64,000 nt of DNA from Spirochaetota bacterium (GCA_034190085.1 JAXHTS010000072.1:3010-67009), one strand, 5' to 3'. Positions 10,401 to 19,125 are shown, counted from the stretch's first letter. The notes: a model not told the origin generated them from the sequence alone. Translations and numbers: made by a program.

Positions 10401-13400
10401 GCTATCATGTCAAAGGAGCGCTCCACAATAATAGCCACGTATTCTCCCCTGCCAACCCCATGCTCCCTTAGGCGACAGGCTATCCTGTTGGACATCTTGT
10501 TTAGTTGAGAATAGCTAATGCTGTCATCGCCAAATACTAAGGCATCCTTATCTGGAAAGATGTTAACCTGCTCCTCAAAGAGTTCATGCACGCACTTATC
10601 CTTGGGAAAATCTCTTGCTGTATTATTGAATTTAAATAGGATATCCGCCCTCTCCTTAGGGCAAAGCATGTCAATCTCAGATATGGGCCTATTGTGGGAT
10701 TTTGGAATCTCCCTGATTAGATTGAGGAAAAAGCCCATTATACGCTCAATGGTCGGTCTATTAAAGAGATCAGCATTGTACTCAAACTGCATGATCATTT
10801 CTTCAGAGATATCATTGATCGTGACGAAGATATCGAATTTTGCCATGGGATCATCTCCCGTGATATTCTTAACGGATATCTCGTCCGAGTCAAGGCCAGC
10901 AAAAAAGACATCAAGCCCCTCCCTATACTCATAGACCACATCAAAGACCGGGGAACGGCTCATATCCCTCACCGGATTGAGTATCTCCACAAGTTTGTCA
11001 AAGGGATAATCCTGGTTGGCATAGGCTCCAAGGGCTGTCCGCTTTATCTGTAAGAGCAGATCGGAAAATATTGGGTTATCGGAAAAATCAGAACGCATTG
11101 GCAACACATTAACAAAAAATCCGATGAGAGGCTCAATATTGGCATTATTTCTGTTGGCAATGGGCGAGCCAATGATGATATCATCCTGACCTGAAAGTTT
11201 ATGTAGCAGAACCTTGAAGATGGCCAGGGTAAGCATAAAGGGGGTAACATCCTGATCCCTAGCAAATTCCTTTATTTTATTAGCGCTATCAATGTCAATA
11301 ACCATCCTATGGGTTTCCCCCCGCTGTGTCTGTATTGCGGGCCTTGGCCTATCTGTGGGAAGATCCAAAAGGGGGAGTTCGCCTTGCAGATTCTGCAGCC
11401 AATACTCCTCTTGATCCCCTATCCCTTCTCCTTCAATGAGTCTATTCTGCCAATGCGCAAATTCCTTATACTGAATCCTAAGTTCTGGGAATGGAGAGGG
11501 ATTGTTGTTGAGAAGGGTAAAATAATTGCCCAGAACCTCCTGTAGCAGAAGCCCCATAGACCAGAAGTCTGATATGATGTGATGCATAATAATAATAATT
11601 GCGTGAGAGTAATCGGAAATCTTGACAATCCTCACCCTGAACAAGGGGCCAGCCTGGATGTTAAAAGGCTTGAGTTTCTCATCATCAACGATATGTTGAA
11701 GCCTCTTCTCCTGGCTCTTTTCATTAGAAATATCAATCTCTTTGATATCAGCTTCAATTGTATCTGCAATTATCTGTACAGGTTTGCCATCAATGGTGTC
11801 AAATCTAGTCCGCAGGCTCTCGTGCCTATCAACCACCGCATGTATGGACCTCTTGAGGATATCAATATCTACCTGACTCTTCTCTATGAGAACAGCCGCA
11901 GGAATGTTGTAAAATGGGCTATTTGGAATAACCTTATCAAGATACCACAACCTCTTCTGAGCATGAGACACCTCGTAGTAATCCATTGACTCCAATGCTA
12001 CAATAGGTGGAAACCTACGGGCAGCGCCTACTGCTATCATTGAATCTATTATGCTGGCAAGGGACTCGATGTTCTGATGCTCGAAAAGGCTCCTTATGGG
12101 AATATCAACAGCAAATTCTTCCTGTATTCTGGAAGCGACCTTAGTAGCCTTAAGTGAATTTCCCCCAAGATCAAAAAAATTATCAAACCTGCCTATAACC
12201 TCTACACCAGTAACATCCTTCCAGATATTGATAAGACCCTCCTCCACCTCAGAGAGTTCACCCTCATCACCCTCAATTGATTCATGAACTAAAGCAGTTA
12301 CATCATCCAATGATATGACATTAGTGAATTCATCATTCTCAAACTCTTCTCTGAGTTTGAATCTCTTCACCTTTGCGCTAGGTGTCCTCGGTATCTCATC
12401 TACTGTTACTATAAAATCAATAGTTATACCCATGTTAGCCACTAAGTCATTATTCACACGTGAAAGCAAACCAGCAATAGCATCCCTAGATTCTGTTGTT
12501 CTAATAAAGAGGATAATCTTCTCAGAATCTGACTCATAATGCCTCAGGCCTGCAATTGCAAACTCCCTGTAGGCCATACCAGGCACTCTCTTGATATACT
12601 CTTCAATATCATGGGCATATAGATTCTGTCCATGTACAAAGATAATATCCTTCTGCCTCCCAGTAATCGCCACCCTTCCATTCATCATAAAGCCCATATC
12701 CCCGGTTCTGATCCAACCATCACAGAAAAGATTTTCATTTGCATCAGGATAATTATAGTAGCCCTTGGATACGGTTGGCCCCTTCACCTGAATATGCCCG
12801 ACCATATTCTCATGAAGAAGTCTATCATCATCATCCACTATCCTGACCATCATGCATTGAATAGGCGCGCCCACATCTGCAATCTCTATGCTATCTTCTT
12901 CTATAGTGGTTGGGGAAATAAGCTTATCCTTAAAAAAAAGATTCTTATCTACCCTATAAAATATAGCCTCCTCATAGAGATGAGGGAAGGTGATCTCCAC
13001 TGTGGCCTCAGACATCCCATAACTCATACACATGGCTTTAGGATCGAGTCCGTATTTGCTGAATTTATCAATAAAGCTTCTTGTTACACTTGGAGATATT
13101 GGCTCCGATCCGTTGCCCAACATCTTTATGCATGAGAGATCAAGACCCTCAATATCCTCATCGCTTACCTGTGTAGTAAGCCACTGGCATGCAAAATTCG
13201 GGCATGGCACATATGTGACCCTGTATTTTTCAATTAATTTAAGAAATAGGGCTGGATTTTGAACAAAGGTTTTGGTTGAAATAGTAATCTGTGGAAGCCC
13301 ATTCCCTGTTGGACCCAAATGAAATCCAATTAAACCCAATACATGTGAATAGGGCATCCAGTTTGCTAAACAGATATCATCAAAGGAGAGGGCCACTAGG

Positions 13401-14353
13401 GGAGCGACCTTACATCCGCTTAATATTAGGAGTGTATCGAGAATTGTTCTGCCAGGTTTTGTCCTTGTAATAAAATTTCCAACCGATGATTCAGAAAGAG
13501 ATGATATAGCTCTTCTCAAGAATCCCGCCTTCTTATCCTTCCAAATCATGCGCTTAATGACATGAAATATAAATCCAATAATAGGCCTATAATCGCCTGA
13601 TCCAACATCAATGAAACTAAATGAACCTGCTTCCAGGGCAGAAAGGATATTACGGTGACTGAGCATCACTCCCTTGGGGTCACCGGTTGATCCGGATGAG
13701 AATACTAAAATCGCTGTATCTTCAGGTTTTGCCCTATGATAACCCCTTGCTGGAGCATGCTCAAGCAGTTCATCTACCTGCTTGATTTCTATATCCCCTA
13801 AGACCTTATAATTCTCCATTTCTTGATCTGTGACGATGAAAGGTCTTTCAAGTATGGAACATACCCTTGTAATTCGATCCATACCCTCACTTATGGGAAA
13901 TCCTCCTGGGATTGGCAATGGGACTGGCACAAATCCCCCTAGCAGTGATCCCCAAAATGCAGAGAGGAAGGAGGGTGAATCATCAACCTGAAGCACCACT
14001 TGATCACCTGGCCTCAAACCACTATCTCGAAGTCCCCCAAGAACAGCCTTTGCGCTCTGTAATAGCTCAGCATAGGTCTGTCTCCTTTCAGCACCATCTT
14101 CACCAACATGCAACACTCCCTTATCAGGGGCTATAATAGAAGCTACCCTTAAAACATTAACTAATGTTTTAATAATCAAGGGGATAATTTGCCAATGTCC
14201 ACCTACCGCACCCTTGGCAATTGCATAGGGCAAGGAATTGATATACTCAACAATATCCGATCGCCTTAAACCATCCCCATTAGCGTCTATAGCTCCATAC
14301 TCCTCTTCTGGCGAGTCTACATATTTCAATTCAAGTGATCTTTTGTTTATCAT
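7472..14353 (-). CDS. Lipopeptide initiation NRPS: FAAL-ACP-C(starter)-A-T-E, predicted D-Val-like module, with a COM-type docking tail
   Basis: 2293-aa ORF. The N-terminal fatty-acyl-AMP-ligase-like domain has FSSGSTGDPKGVMLSHRN (~13675-13705), YGMSEAT, GWIRTGDMGF and GRQKDIIFVHGQNLYAHDIE. ACP: FFDLGGNSL (~12150-12180). C domain: MHHIISDFWS (11564-11584). A domain: AYVIYTSGSTGKPKG (~10100-10150), YGPTE, YRTGD, NGKVDR (~9125-9160). T domain: FFDLGGDSI (~8950-8990). E domain: HHLVTDGVSW (~8423-8460), LEAHGREE, FNYLGQ. The manual code DALFLGGTFK is closest to Val-type codes (DAFWIGGTFK, DALWLGGTFK). Confidence 0.93.
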   Translation of the reverse strand: MINKRSLELKYVDSPEEEYGAIDANGDGLRRSDIVEYINSLPYAIAKGAVGGHWQIIPLIIKTLVNVLRVASIIAPDKGVLHVGEDGAERRQTYAELLQSAKAVLGGLRDSGLRPGDQVVLQVDDSPSFLSAFWGSLLGGFVPVPLPIPGGFPISEGMDRITRVCSILERPFIVTDQEMENYKVLGDIEIKQVDELLEHAPARGYHRAKPEDTAILVFSSGSTGDPKGVMLSHRNILSALEAGSFSFIDVGSGDYRPIIGFIFHVIKRMIWKDKKAGFLRRAISSLSESSVGNFITRTKPGRTILDTLLILSGCKVAPLVALSFDDICLANWMPYSHVLGLIGFHLGPTGNGLPQITISTKTFVQNPALFLKLIEKYRVTYVPCPNFACQWLTTQVSDEDIEGLDLSCIKMLGNGSEPISPSVTRSFIDKFSKYGLDPKAMCMSYGMSEATVEITFPHLYEEAIFYRVDKNLFFKDKLISPTTIEEDSIEIADVGAPIQCMMVRIVDDDDRLLHENMVGHIQVKGPTVSKGYYNYPDANENLFCDGWIRTGDMGFMMNGRVAITGRQKDIIFVHGQNLYAHDIEEYIKRVPGMAYREFAIAGLRHYESDSEKIILFIRTTESRDAIAGLLSRVNNDLVANMGITIDFIVTVDEIPRTPSAKVKRFKLREEFENDEFTNVISLDDVTALVHESIEGDEGELSEVEEGLINIWKDVTGVEVIGRFDNFFDLGGNSLKATKVASRIQEEFAVDIPIRSLFEHQNIESLASIIDSMIAVGAARRFPPIVALESMDYYEVSHAQKRLWYLDKVIPNSPFYNIPAAVLIEKSQVDIDILKRSIHAVVDRHESLRTRFDTIDGKPVQIIADTIEADIKEIDISNEKSQEKRLQHIVDDEKLKPFNIQAGPLFRVRIVKISDYSHAIIIIMHHIISDFWSMGLLLQEVLGNYFTLLNNNPSPFPELRIQYKEFAHWQNRLIEGEGIGDQEEYWLQNLQGELPLLDLPTDRPRPAIQTQRGETHRMVIDIDSANKIKEFARDQDVTPFMLTLAIFKVLLHKLSGQDDIIIGSPIANRNNANIEPLIGFFVNVLPMRSDFSDNPIFSDLLLQIKRTALGAYANQDYPFDKLVEILNPVRDMSRSPVFDVVYEYREGLDVFFAGLDSDEISVKNITGDDPMAKFDIFVTINDISEEMIMQFEYNADLFNRPTIERIMGFFLNLIREIPKSHNRPISEIDMLCPKERADILFKFNNTARDFPKDKCVHELFEEQVNIFPDKDALVFGDDSISYSQLNKMSNRIACRLREHGVGRGEYVAIIVERSFDMIAGVLGILKAGGAYVPIESEYPLSRTKYMLDEIQAPVVIIHEQFLDTLPEYDGYVMCLESFWKEGETIESADLNNINKPDDVAYVIYTSGSTGKPKGVMVPHVGISRLVKNTNFADITPEDRFLQIATFAFDAATLEFWGPLLNGGTLFLARGSDVTSPDGLADLLLSNDISIIFLTVVLYNQLIDLRPDAISKLRRLLVGGEALSVSHIRKGLGFVLPGVISNGYGPTENTTFSCHYPVKSVPEGANSIPIGYPIANSRVYILDKYLKPVPIGVRGEVFLGGYGLAKGYLNDSEKTANSFIKNPIMDVDDPILYRTGDIGRWLPDGSVDFMGRIDHQVKVRGHRIELGEIESVMREHGNIKDCVVVVNELEGGNKAIVAYHVSEDDVPIDELRSFMRDSLPDYMLPNLFMRLDELPLNQNGKVDRSALPEPHGMRPEMSTDFVAPSDEIQSIIVKTWEDVLGIEGIGVCDNFFDLGGDSIISLQVVSRLNQRGFLLQPKDILLYQTIAELSTIVEIAKGVEAEQGPVVGTAPPTPIQRWFFDQGLANENHYNQALTFKSSFPIDENALRVSLQAIVDHHDVLRARFVDGMLEYRPLGEDAFLVVREIEDEADLGVEAWSLQGSYNLADGPLFGAGLYRKGDEDYLLLAAHHLVTDGVSWRIILEDLLSCYMTASKDGNIMLPAKTTSFMEWSNKLQEYAVSILSQEEADYWEVILSKIRQRFRIDHDLGPDDVGSSECVSVELSRENTGSLLKDAHRAYNTNMNDLLLTALMKTLQGWLGRDDVAFDLEAHGREEVIEGVDISRTVGWFTSMYPVLFQSDRDLDLSSRIKYVKEVLHNIPYRGFNYCVFKYMLGKGWPLNTGLSFNYLGQALLPESYDAISLIEHEVPGTIADENIRPNLIDVNCIVVEDQLRINFSYSRNRYNKRTIEELADLYKRELSAVILHCLDPESFDITPSDFDLVKLDQGELDDLAAFE
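12340..14120 (-). other. FAAL-like (fatty acyl-AMP ligase) loading domain of the initiation NRPS (approximate bounds)
   Basis: Adenylate-forming motifs are listed under the parent CDS. The domain is followed directly by a carrier domain and a condensation domain, which is the canonical lipoinitiation arrangement. It contains an unusually long segment between the SSGSTGDPKG and NWMPYSHVLGLIG motifs. Confidence 0.75.
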
Positions 14354-14504
14354 ATACTTTCATCCTCCCATTGAATAGGCATAAACCAAGTATTGTCTAA
14401 AACCACTATTTATTTTTGGGGAAATGGCATGTAAAAATACCAATAATAATTTATCAAGCTGACTTTTTTCATTTAATAATATTATATTATTACACTAATA
14501 AAAA

Positions 14505-14533
14505 TTGACTAAGCTTTATCAAGATAGTATATT
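14505..14533 (+). promoter_or_regulatory. Candidate sigma70-like promoter (TTGACT-17 nt-TATATT) in the divergent NRPS/exporter spacer
   Basis: TTGACT lies at 14505-14510 and TATATT at 14528-14533, with exactly 17 nt between them. It sits about 630 nt upstream of the exporter start. Chance matches are expected in DNA this AT-rich. Confidence 0.2.
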
Positions 14534-15163
14534 ATTAAAATAATAAAAAAAAAAACTATCGGCAACAAATAATGTAATTCAATATCTACAATTACTACTT
14601 TGAAACTCTTTCCTGCTTTAATTGAATAATGAAGTATCATGGATCGAACCACAACAATATTAGAAGGGTAAGATAAAGAGACTATTTCAAATAATAATTA
14701 CGGGGAAGTTACATATTAGAAGCCCAGAAAAGTCAAGAAGTATGTTAGGATATATAAATTACCATGAAGATAAAAAATTGATGGGCGGAAGGATCGTTCA
14801 GATGAAGAAAATATGAGAATAATATATTATTATACTTGACTCAAGATAACTGATATATCCTTTCCCTATAGATATGAGGTAGGCAATAATGATCAATTAT
14901 GACTACTGATGATCATCCATAAAAAAACTCGGATATTCTGCTTAGAACATCATACTCATTGACTTTGTTAATTCTATTTCAATCTTTTCTAGTGGCAAAT
15001 TTCACCTTACCTCCTCCATAAATGAAATTGAATTATATCTGTTCACATAAACACTTATCAAATGATGCATTTCTACCTTTTCAACAGAATGCTGGATTAA
15101 ATTTATAATTAAAGAAATAACTCAACAACTACAAAATTCAACTGTTAAGGATAATAATATTAT

Positions 15164-17497
15164 ATGAATAGGTTAATAGATCTCATTATCAAACAATCCA
15201 AATATGTATTGATCTCTGTTATACTTATATCTATTCCCTTCGGTTATTTTTATACAAAGCAAAGATTTAGTAACCATGTAGATATTTACTTCAATCAGGA
15301 TGATCCGGATCTAATCGCTTATAGGAAATTCCAGGAAATATATGGAAACGAAGAACAGGTTGTAATAGTGTTCAAGGATAGGGATATCTTCACAAAAAAG
15401 AATATTGAGATAATCAGAATGATATCCAATGAGATTAAGGATATCAAGGGTATTCAAAGGCTATTCAGTATCACCGAAGCCGAGGAGTCAATTGGCATTG
15501 AGGACACCATATCATTCACAAAGATTATACCAGAGGATGGCCTGGACAAGCAAAAGCTTAACTCCGCAAGGCAGAGGGTATTGGATAATAAATTACTGGT
15601 TCATAATCTAATCTCAATAGACGGCACAACAACGGCAATTATTATTGAAATTGAATCCACAGAGGACAGCAAGAGCAAAAGGGAGTTATTAAAAAATATT
15701 AAAAATTGCGCTAATAATATCGCTGGGGATAGCTTTGATCTGCGCTTCTCAGGCCCGCCCTATGTTGAGGATAGTATTAATGCCCTTTCAGAGAGGGATT
15801 ATATCATTTTCACCCCTATCATCCTGCTTATTATATTTAGCATCATAGCTCTAATGCTAAAGAAAATATCACTCTCAATACTCTGTCAGTTAAATTTAGG
15901 ATTAATAGGTATCTGGGCAATTGGTTTTTTCACCTTGTGCAATGAATCGATGAATATGGTTACCACAATCATTGCCCCAGTACTCCTCGCTATTTCAGTA
16001 GCTGACGCAATTCATCTCTTATCTCATTATAGGGAGATGCACGTAATAAAGGGTAATGACTATACTACATCTGTAACCAATGCAGCAAAATCAATTTGGC
16101 TTCCATGTCTATTTACGAGTCTTACAACTGGTATCGGGTTCTTATCATTTATCACTGCAACTGTTAGACCTGTAAAAATTGTCGGCATTTTCACCTCTAT
16201 AGGCATCATGATGGCCTTCTTCATGACATTTACCTTTCTACCATCGACACTTATACTATTCAAAAGAAGATTTGAAAAGAATAATTCAAATGAAACTAAT
16301 CACAGAATGATGTCAACCTCATCGAAGCAATTGATGGACCCACCAAGTAGGGAGAGTTTATTTACAAATATATTGCTCAAATTTGGCGGTTTTACAATAA
16401 CTAACTATAAGGCTATAATAGTATTCTTTGTTTTAATTCTAATAATTGCTGTAATAGGTATAACGAGGTTAAGATTTGAGACCAATATTGATACATACCT
16501 ACCGGATGGCAATAAGATAAAATCTGATATAAAATTCATTGAGGAAAACCTTGGTGGCAATATTCCGCATGTGATTCTAGTTAAAGCCAAATCTGAAGAA
16601 TTTGACTTTACTCATCCCCATAGCCTAAAGTTAATTGAGGAGATACAGAATGATCTTATGAGAGACATAAAACATTTTTCCATTTCTTTTTCTATAGCTG
16701 ATTATTTTAAGGAAATTCATAGGGCCTTTAATAATAATAAAGAAGAATACTATAGAATTCCAGAAAAGCAGATTGATATAATCGATTATTATGAATTGGC
16801 AGATATAGAAGTTTTGGATAGGATAATATCTCCTGACTATAGAGAGGCAAGGATATCCTTTCAATCCAAGGGAAGCTCAAATATAATAGCTAAGAGAAAC
16901 TATAAGTTTGTTAATAATTATATGAAGAGGAAGACCGGTGAAAACTACTCCTATAACTTTACAGGACTCTCTCCCCTATCCTTGAATATTGCAGATAATC
17001 TACAGACAAGTCAGATAAAGAGTTTTCTTTACGCTTTTGTATTCATCTTCTTTATGATGTTTTTCGTCTGTAGAAACGCTAAGCTTACTATTATAAGTAT
17101 GATTCCTAACCTGTTCCCGATAATCCTAACACTTGGCATAATGGGCTGGCTAAACATCCCTCTTGATGTAACAACAATAATGATTGCTAGCGTTACAATC
17201 GGCATTGCTGTTGATGATACTATCCATTATCTTATATGGTTCATAAGAAACGGATCCTCTGGTATGGATAACCGATCCTCTATATTAAAAACCTATAAAG
17301 ACGTTGGCAAGCCAATAGTCATTACAACCCTTGTGTTAATCTTGGGTTTTTTTGTTTTAGTTTTAGGATCAATTAAGCCGACACAAGCATTTGGCACACT
17401 AACTGCGCTATCGATGTGCTTTGCGCTTATAGGGGATTTATTCTTTTTACCAGCTCTTATTATTATCTTCAAGCCAAGGTTTAAGAAGAAGGATTAA
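15164..17497 (+). CDS. RND-superfamily exporter of the MMPL/HpnN-like (COG1033-type) class, probably a lipid or lipopeptide exporter
   Basis: 777 aa. The topology reads as an N-terminal TM helix, a ~185-aa soluble loop, a 5-helix hydrophobic block (aa ~215-375), a second large loop, and a second hydrophobic block (aa ~625-770). This duplicated 1+5 TM layout with two periplasmic loops is typical of MMPL/HpnN/SecDF-like RND proteins. The family call is by architecture, not by search. Confidence 0.75.
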   Translation: MNRLIDLIIKQSKYVLISVILISIPFGYFYTKQRFSNHVDIYFNQDDPDLIAYRKFQEIYGNEEQVVIVFKDRDIFTKKNIEIIRMISNEIKDIKGIQRLFSITEAEESIGIEDTISFTKIIPEDGLDKQKLNSARQRVLDNKLLVHNLISIDGTTTAIIIEIESTEDSKSKRELLKNIKNCANNIAGDSFDLRFSGPPYVEDSINALSERDYIIFTPIILLIIFSIIALMLKKISLSILCQLNLGLIGIWAIGFFTLCNESMNMVTTIIAPVLLAISVADAIHLLSHYREMHVIKGNDYTTSVTNAAKSIWLPCLFTSLTTGIGFLSFITATVRPVKIVGIFTSIGIMMAFFMTFTFLPSTLILFKRRFEKNNSNETNHRMMSTSSKQLMDPPSRESLFTNILLKFGGFTITNYKAIIVFFVLILIIAVIGITRLRFETNIDTYLPDGNKIKSDIKFIEENLGGNIPHVILVKAKSEEFDFTHPHSLKLIEEIQNDLMRDIKHFSISFSIADYFKEIHRAFNNNKEEYYRIPEKQIDIIDYYELADIEVLDRIISPDYREARISFQSKGSSNIIAKRNYKFVNNYMKRKTGENYSYNFTGLSPLSLNIADNLQTSQIKSFLYAFVFIFFMMFFVCRNAKLTIISMIPNLFPIILTLGIMGWLNIPLDVTTIMIASVTIGIAVDDTIHYLIWFIRNGSSGMDNRSSILKTYKDVGKPIVITTLVLILGFFVLVLGSIKPTQAFGTLTALSMCFALIGDLFFLPALIIIFKPRFKKKD

Positions 17498-17587
17498 GCA
17501 CAATTTTATTAAAACCGAACTCATTTGCTCAATGATGAATACTATTATTTCTTAGCCTAGTAGAATCACCATCTGGGGGATAGTAAA

Positions 17588-18346
17588 TTGAAGATATTCG
17601 CTCTATCAGACATTCACATTGATTATGAAGAAAATCATAAATGGCTCTACAGCCTCTCTGAATATGATTATAAAGATGATATCCTAATTTTAGCCGGTGA
17701 CATTACAGATATTATTCCATCCCTATCAAAAGCCTTTGAGGCGTTGAAACTCAAATTTCACGAAGTAATGTATCTTCCCGGAAATCATGACCTATGGACT
17801 TATAGAAATAATATTAAAAACTCTATAGATAAATTTAACATAATAAAAAAAATTGCCAATGATTACGGCATTAATATGAAACCAGCTAAATTTGATTCAG
17901 TGTCCATTATTCCTCTATACGGCTGGTTTGATTTTTCATTCGGTCAACCATCGAAGGAGTTATTACATATTTGGTTGGATTTCACAGCGTGTAAATGGCC
18001 ATATGATTTTGATGAGACCAAGATTACCCATTATTTTATTTCAATCAATGAAGAATTTTTACAAACTAAAAACGATTTTATTATTACCTATTCCCACTTC
18101 TTGCCTCGAATAGATCTCATGCCCATATACATTCCACCCTCAAAAAGGCTACTCTATCCAGTGCTTGGAACTACACTGCTTGAAGAACAGATAAATGTGT
18201 TGGATTCGCAAATCCATATATATGGACATAGTCATGTTAATATGCATGTCAATAAAGACAACAGGATTTATATCAATAACGCCTTTGGATATCCATCAGA
18301 GACCAGGATAACAGCTAAGGAATTGCTCTGTGTTTTTGAACTATAA
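17588..18346 (+). CDS. Calcineurin-like metallophosphoesterase
   Basis: 252 aa with TTG start and GGGGGA upstream. The ordered signature motifs are LSDIHID (DxH), LAGDIT (GD), PGNHDLW (GNHD/E), SHFLP and YGHSHV (GHxH). Confidence 0.85.
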   Translation: MKIFALSDIHIDYEENHKWLYSLSEYDYKDDILILAGDITDIIPSLSKAFEALKLKFHEVMYLPGNHDLWTYRNNIKNSIDKFNIIKKIANDYGINMKPAKFDSVSIIPLYGWFDFSFGQPSKELLHIWLDFTACKWPYDFDETKITHYFISINEEFLQTKNDFIITYSHFLPRIDLMPIYIPPSKRLLYPVLGTTLLEEQINVLDSQIHIYGHSHVNMHVNKDNRIYINNAFGYPSETRITAKELLCVFEL

Positions 18347-18387
18347 TGGAAATAAATGCTGCTTGATTTTGACTAGTCATAGTTTAG

Positions 18388-19125
18388 TTAGGGGAAAAGA
18401 GAGCGTATATCCATCTTCATCTCTGAATTTTTGGGCAGTACAATTGATAATGCATATCCTTTTATTATCCAGGAGTGGCATTTGTATTGACCAAAATTTT
18501 TAAATAGACATGTTGCTACTCCATTGGATTGAAAATGAGGTTTATCTATCTCCAAAACTGTAAAAGGGGTGGTTAATCCGCATTTTAAAACCTTTGATAG
18601 GGCCTCCTTCATGGTCCAGGTTTGGAAATATGTGATTTCCTCCTTTATCCCACTCTCATGTATAAGACGTATCTCATCTTCAGTAAGTTGGCCTTTAATA
18701 ATATCTAGTTCCTCTAAATCAACCTTTTCAATATCAATTCCCATAGGATGTCCATATGGAAATGAAAGCGCTACTGACCAATCATAACTGTGACTTAAGC
18801 TCACCCCCGGAATATCCGGCCCATTATACTTCACAAAGGGTTGATTGAATACACCGTTTGCAATTTCTATTGCAGCTAAATTGGTTTCATGTAGATATTC
18901 TGCCACAACAGATTTTGCCATATACCTGCCTGTAAGATAATCCTTTTTACGTTTTTCAAATCTTAAAGATGAAAAATATCGCAATTTATTGCTTTCTAAG
19001 ATTGATTCGATATTATTCTCAAGCATGGAATATGCATTTTGGGAAACACATCCCAAATAGGCAGATACAGGCTCTTCGTTTCTTTTAACATTTAATGAAA
19101 TTACTCTCTTCTTAATTTCACTCAT
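18388..19125 (-). CDS. Sfp-type 4'-phosphopantetheinyl transferase (PfaE-like)
   Basis: 245 aa, matching the size of two-lobed Sfp-type PPTases. Motifs GIDIEKV and WTMKEALSKVLKCG (the W/F-x-x-KE-A/S-x-x-K signature) are present. It lies between the NRPS and pfa-like operons, which together encode at least 6 carrier domains in this window. Confidence 0.85.
   Translation of the reverse strand: MSEIKKRVISLNVKRNEEPVSAYLGCVSQNAYSMLENNIESILESNKLRYFSSLRFEKRKKDYLTGRYMAKSVVAEYLHETNLAAIEIANGVFNQPFVKYNGPDIPGVSLSHSYDWSVALSFPYGHPMGIDIEKVDLEELDIIKGQLTEDEIRLIHESGIKEEITYFQTWTMKEALSKVLKCGLTTPFTVLEIDKPHFQSNGVATCLFKNFGQYKCHSWIIKGYALSIVLPKNSEMKMDIRSLFP

Noticed and set aside
8961-14136. Numerous 60-167-aa ORFs in other frames within the 2293-aa NRPS gene, with similar ones inside the other megasynthase genes
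   Set aside because: They are nested in frames overlapping genes with complete, collinear domain motifs. None has a recognisable motif or an independent RBS.
14545-14555. A11 homopolymer run as a potential slipped-strand phase-variation switch
   Set aside because: It lies in non-coding DNA about 190 nt from the NRPS start and 600 nt from the exporter start, not between recognisable -35/-10 elements. Such runs are expected in DNA this AT-rich.
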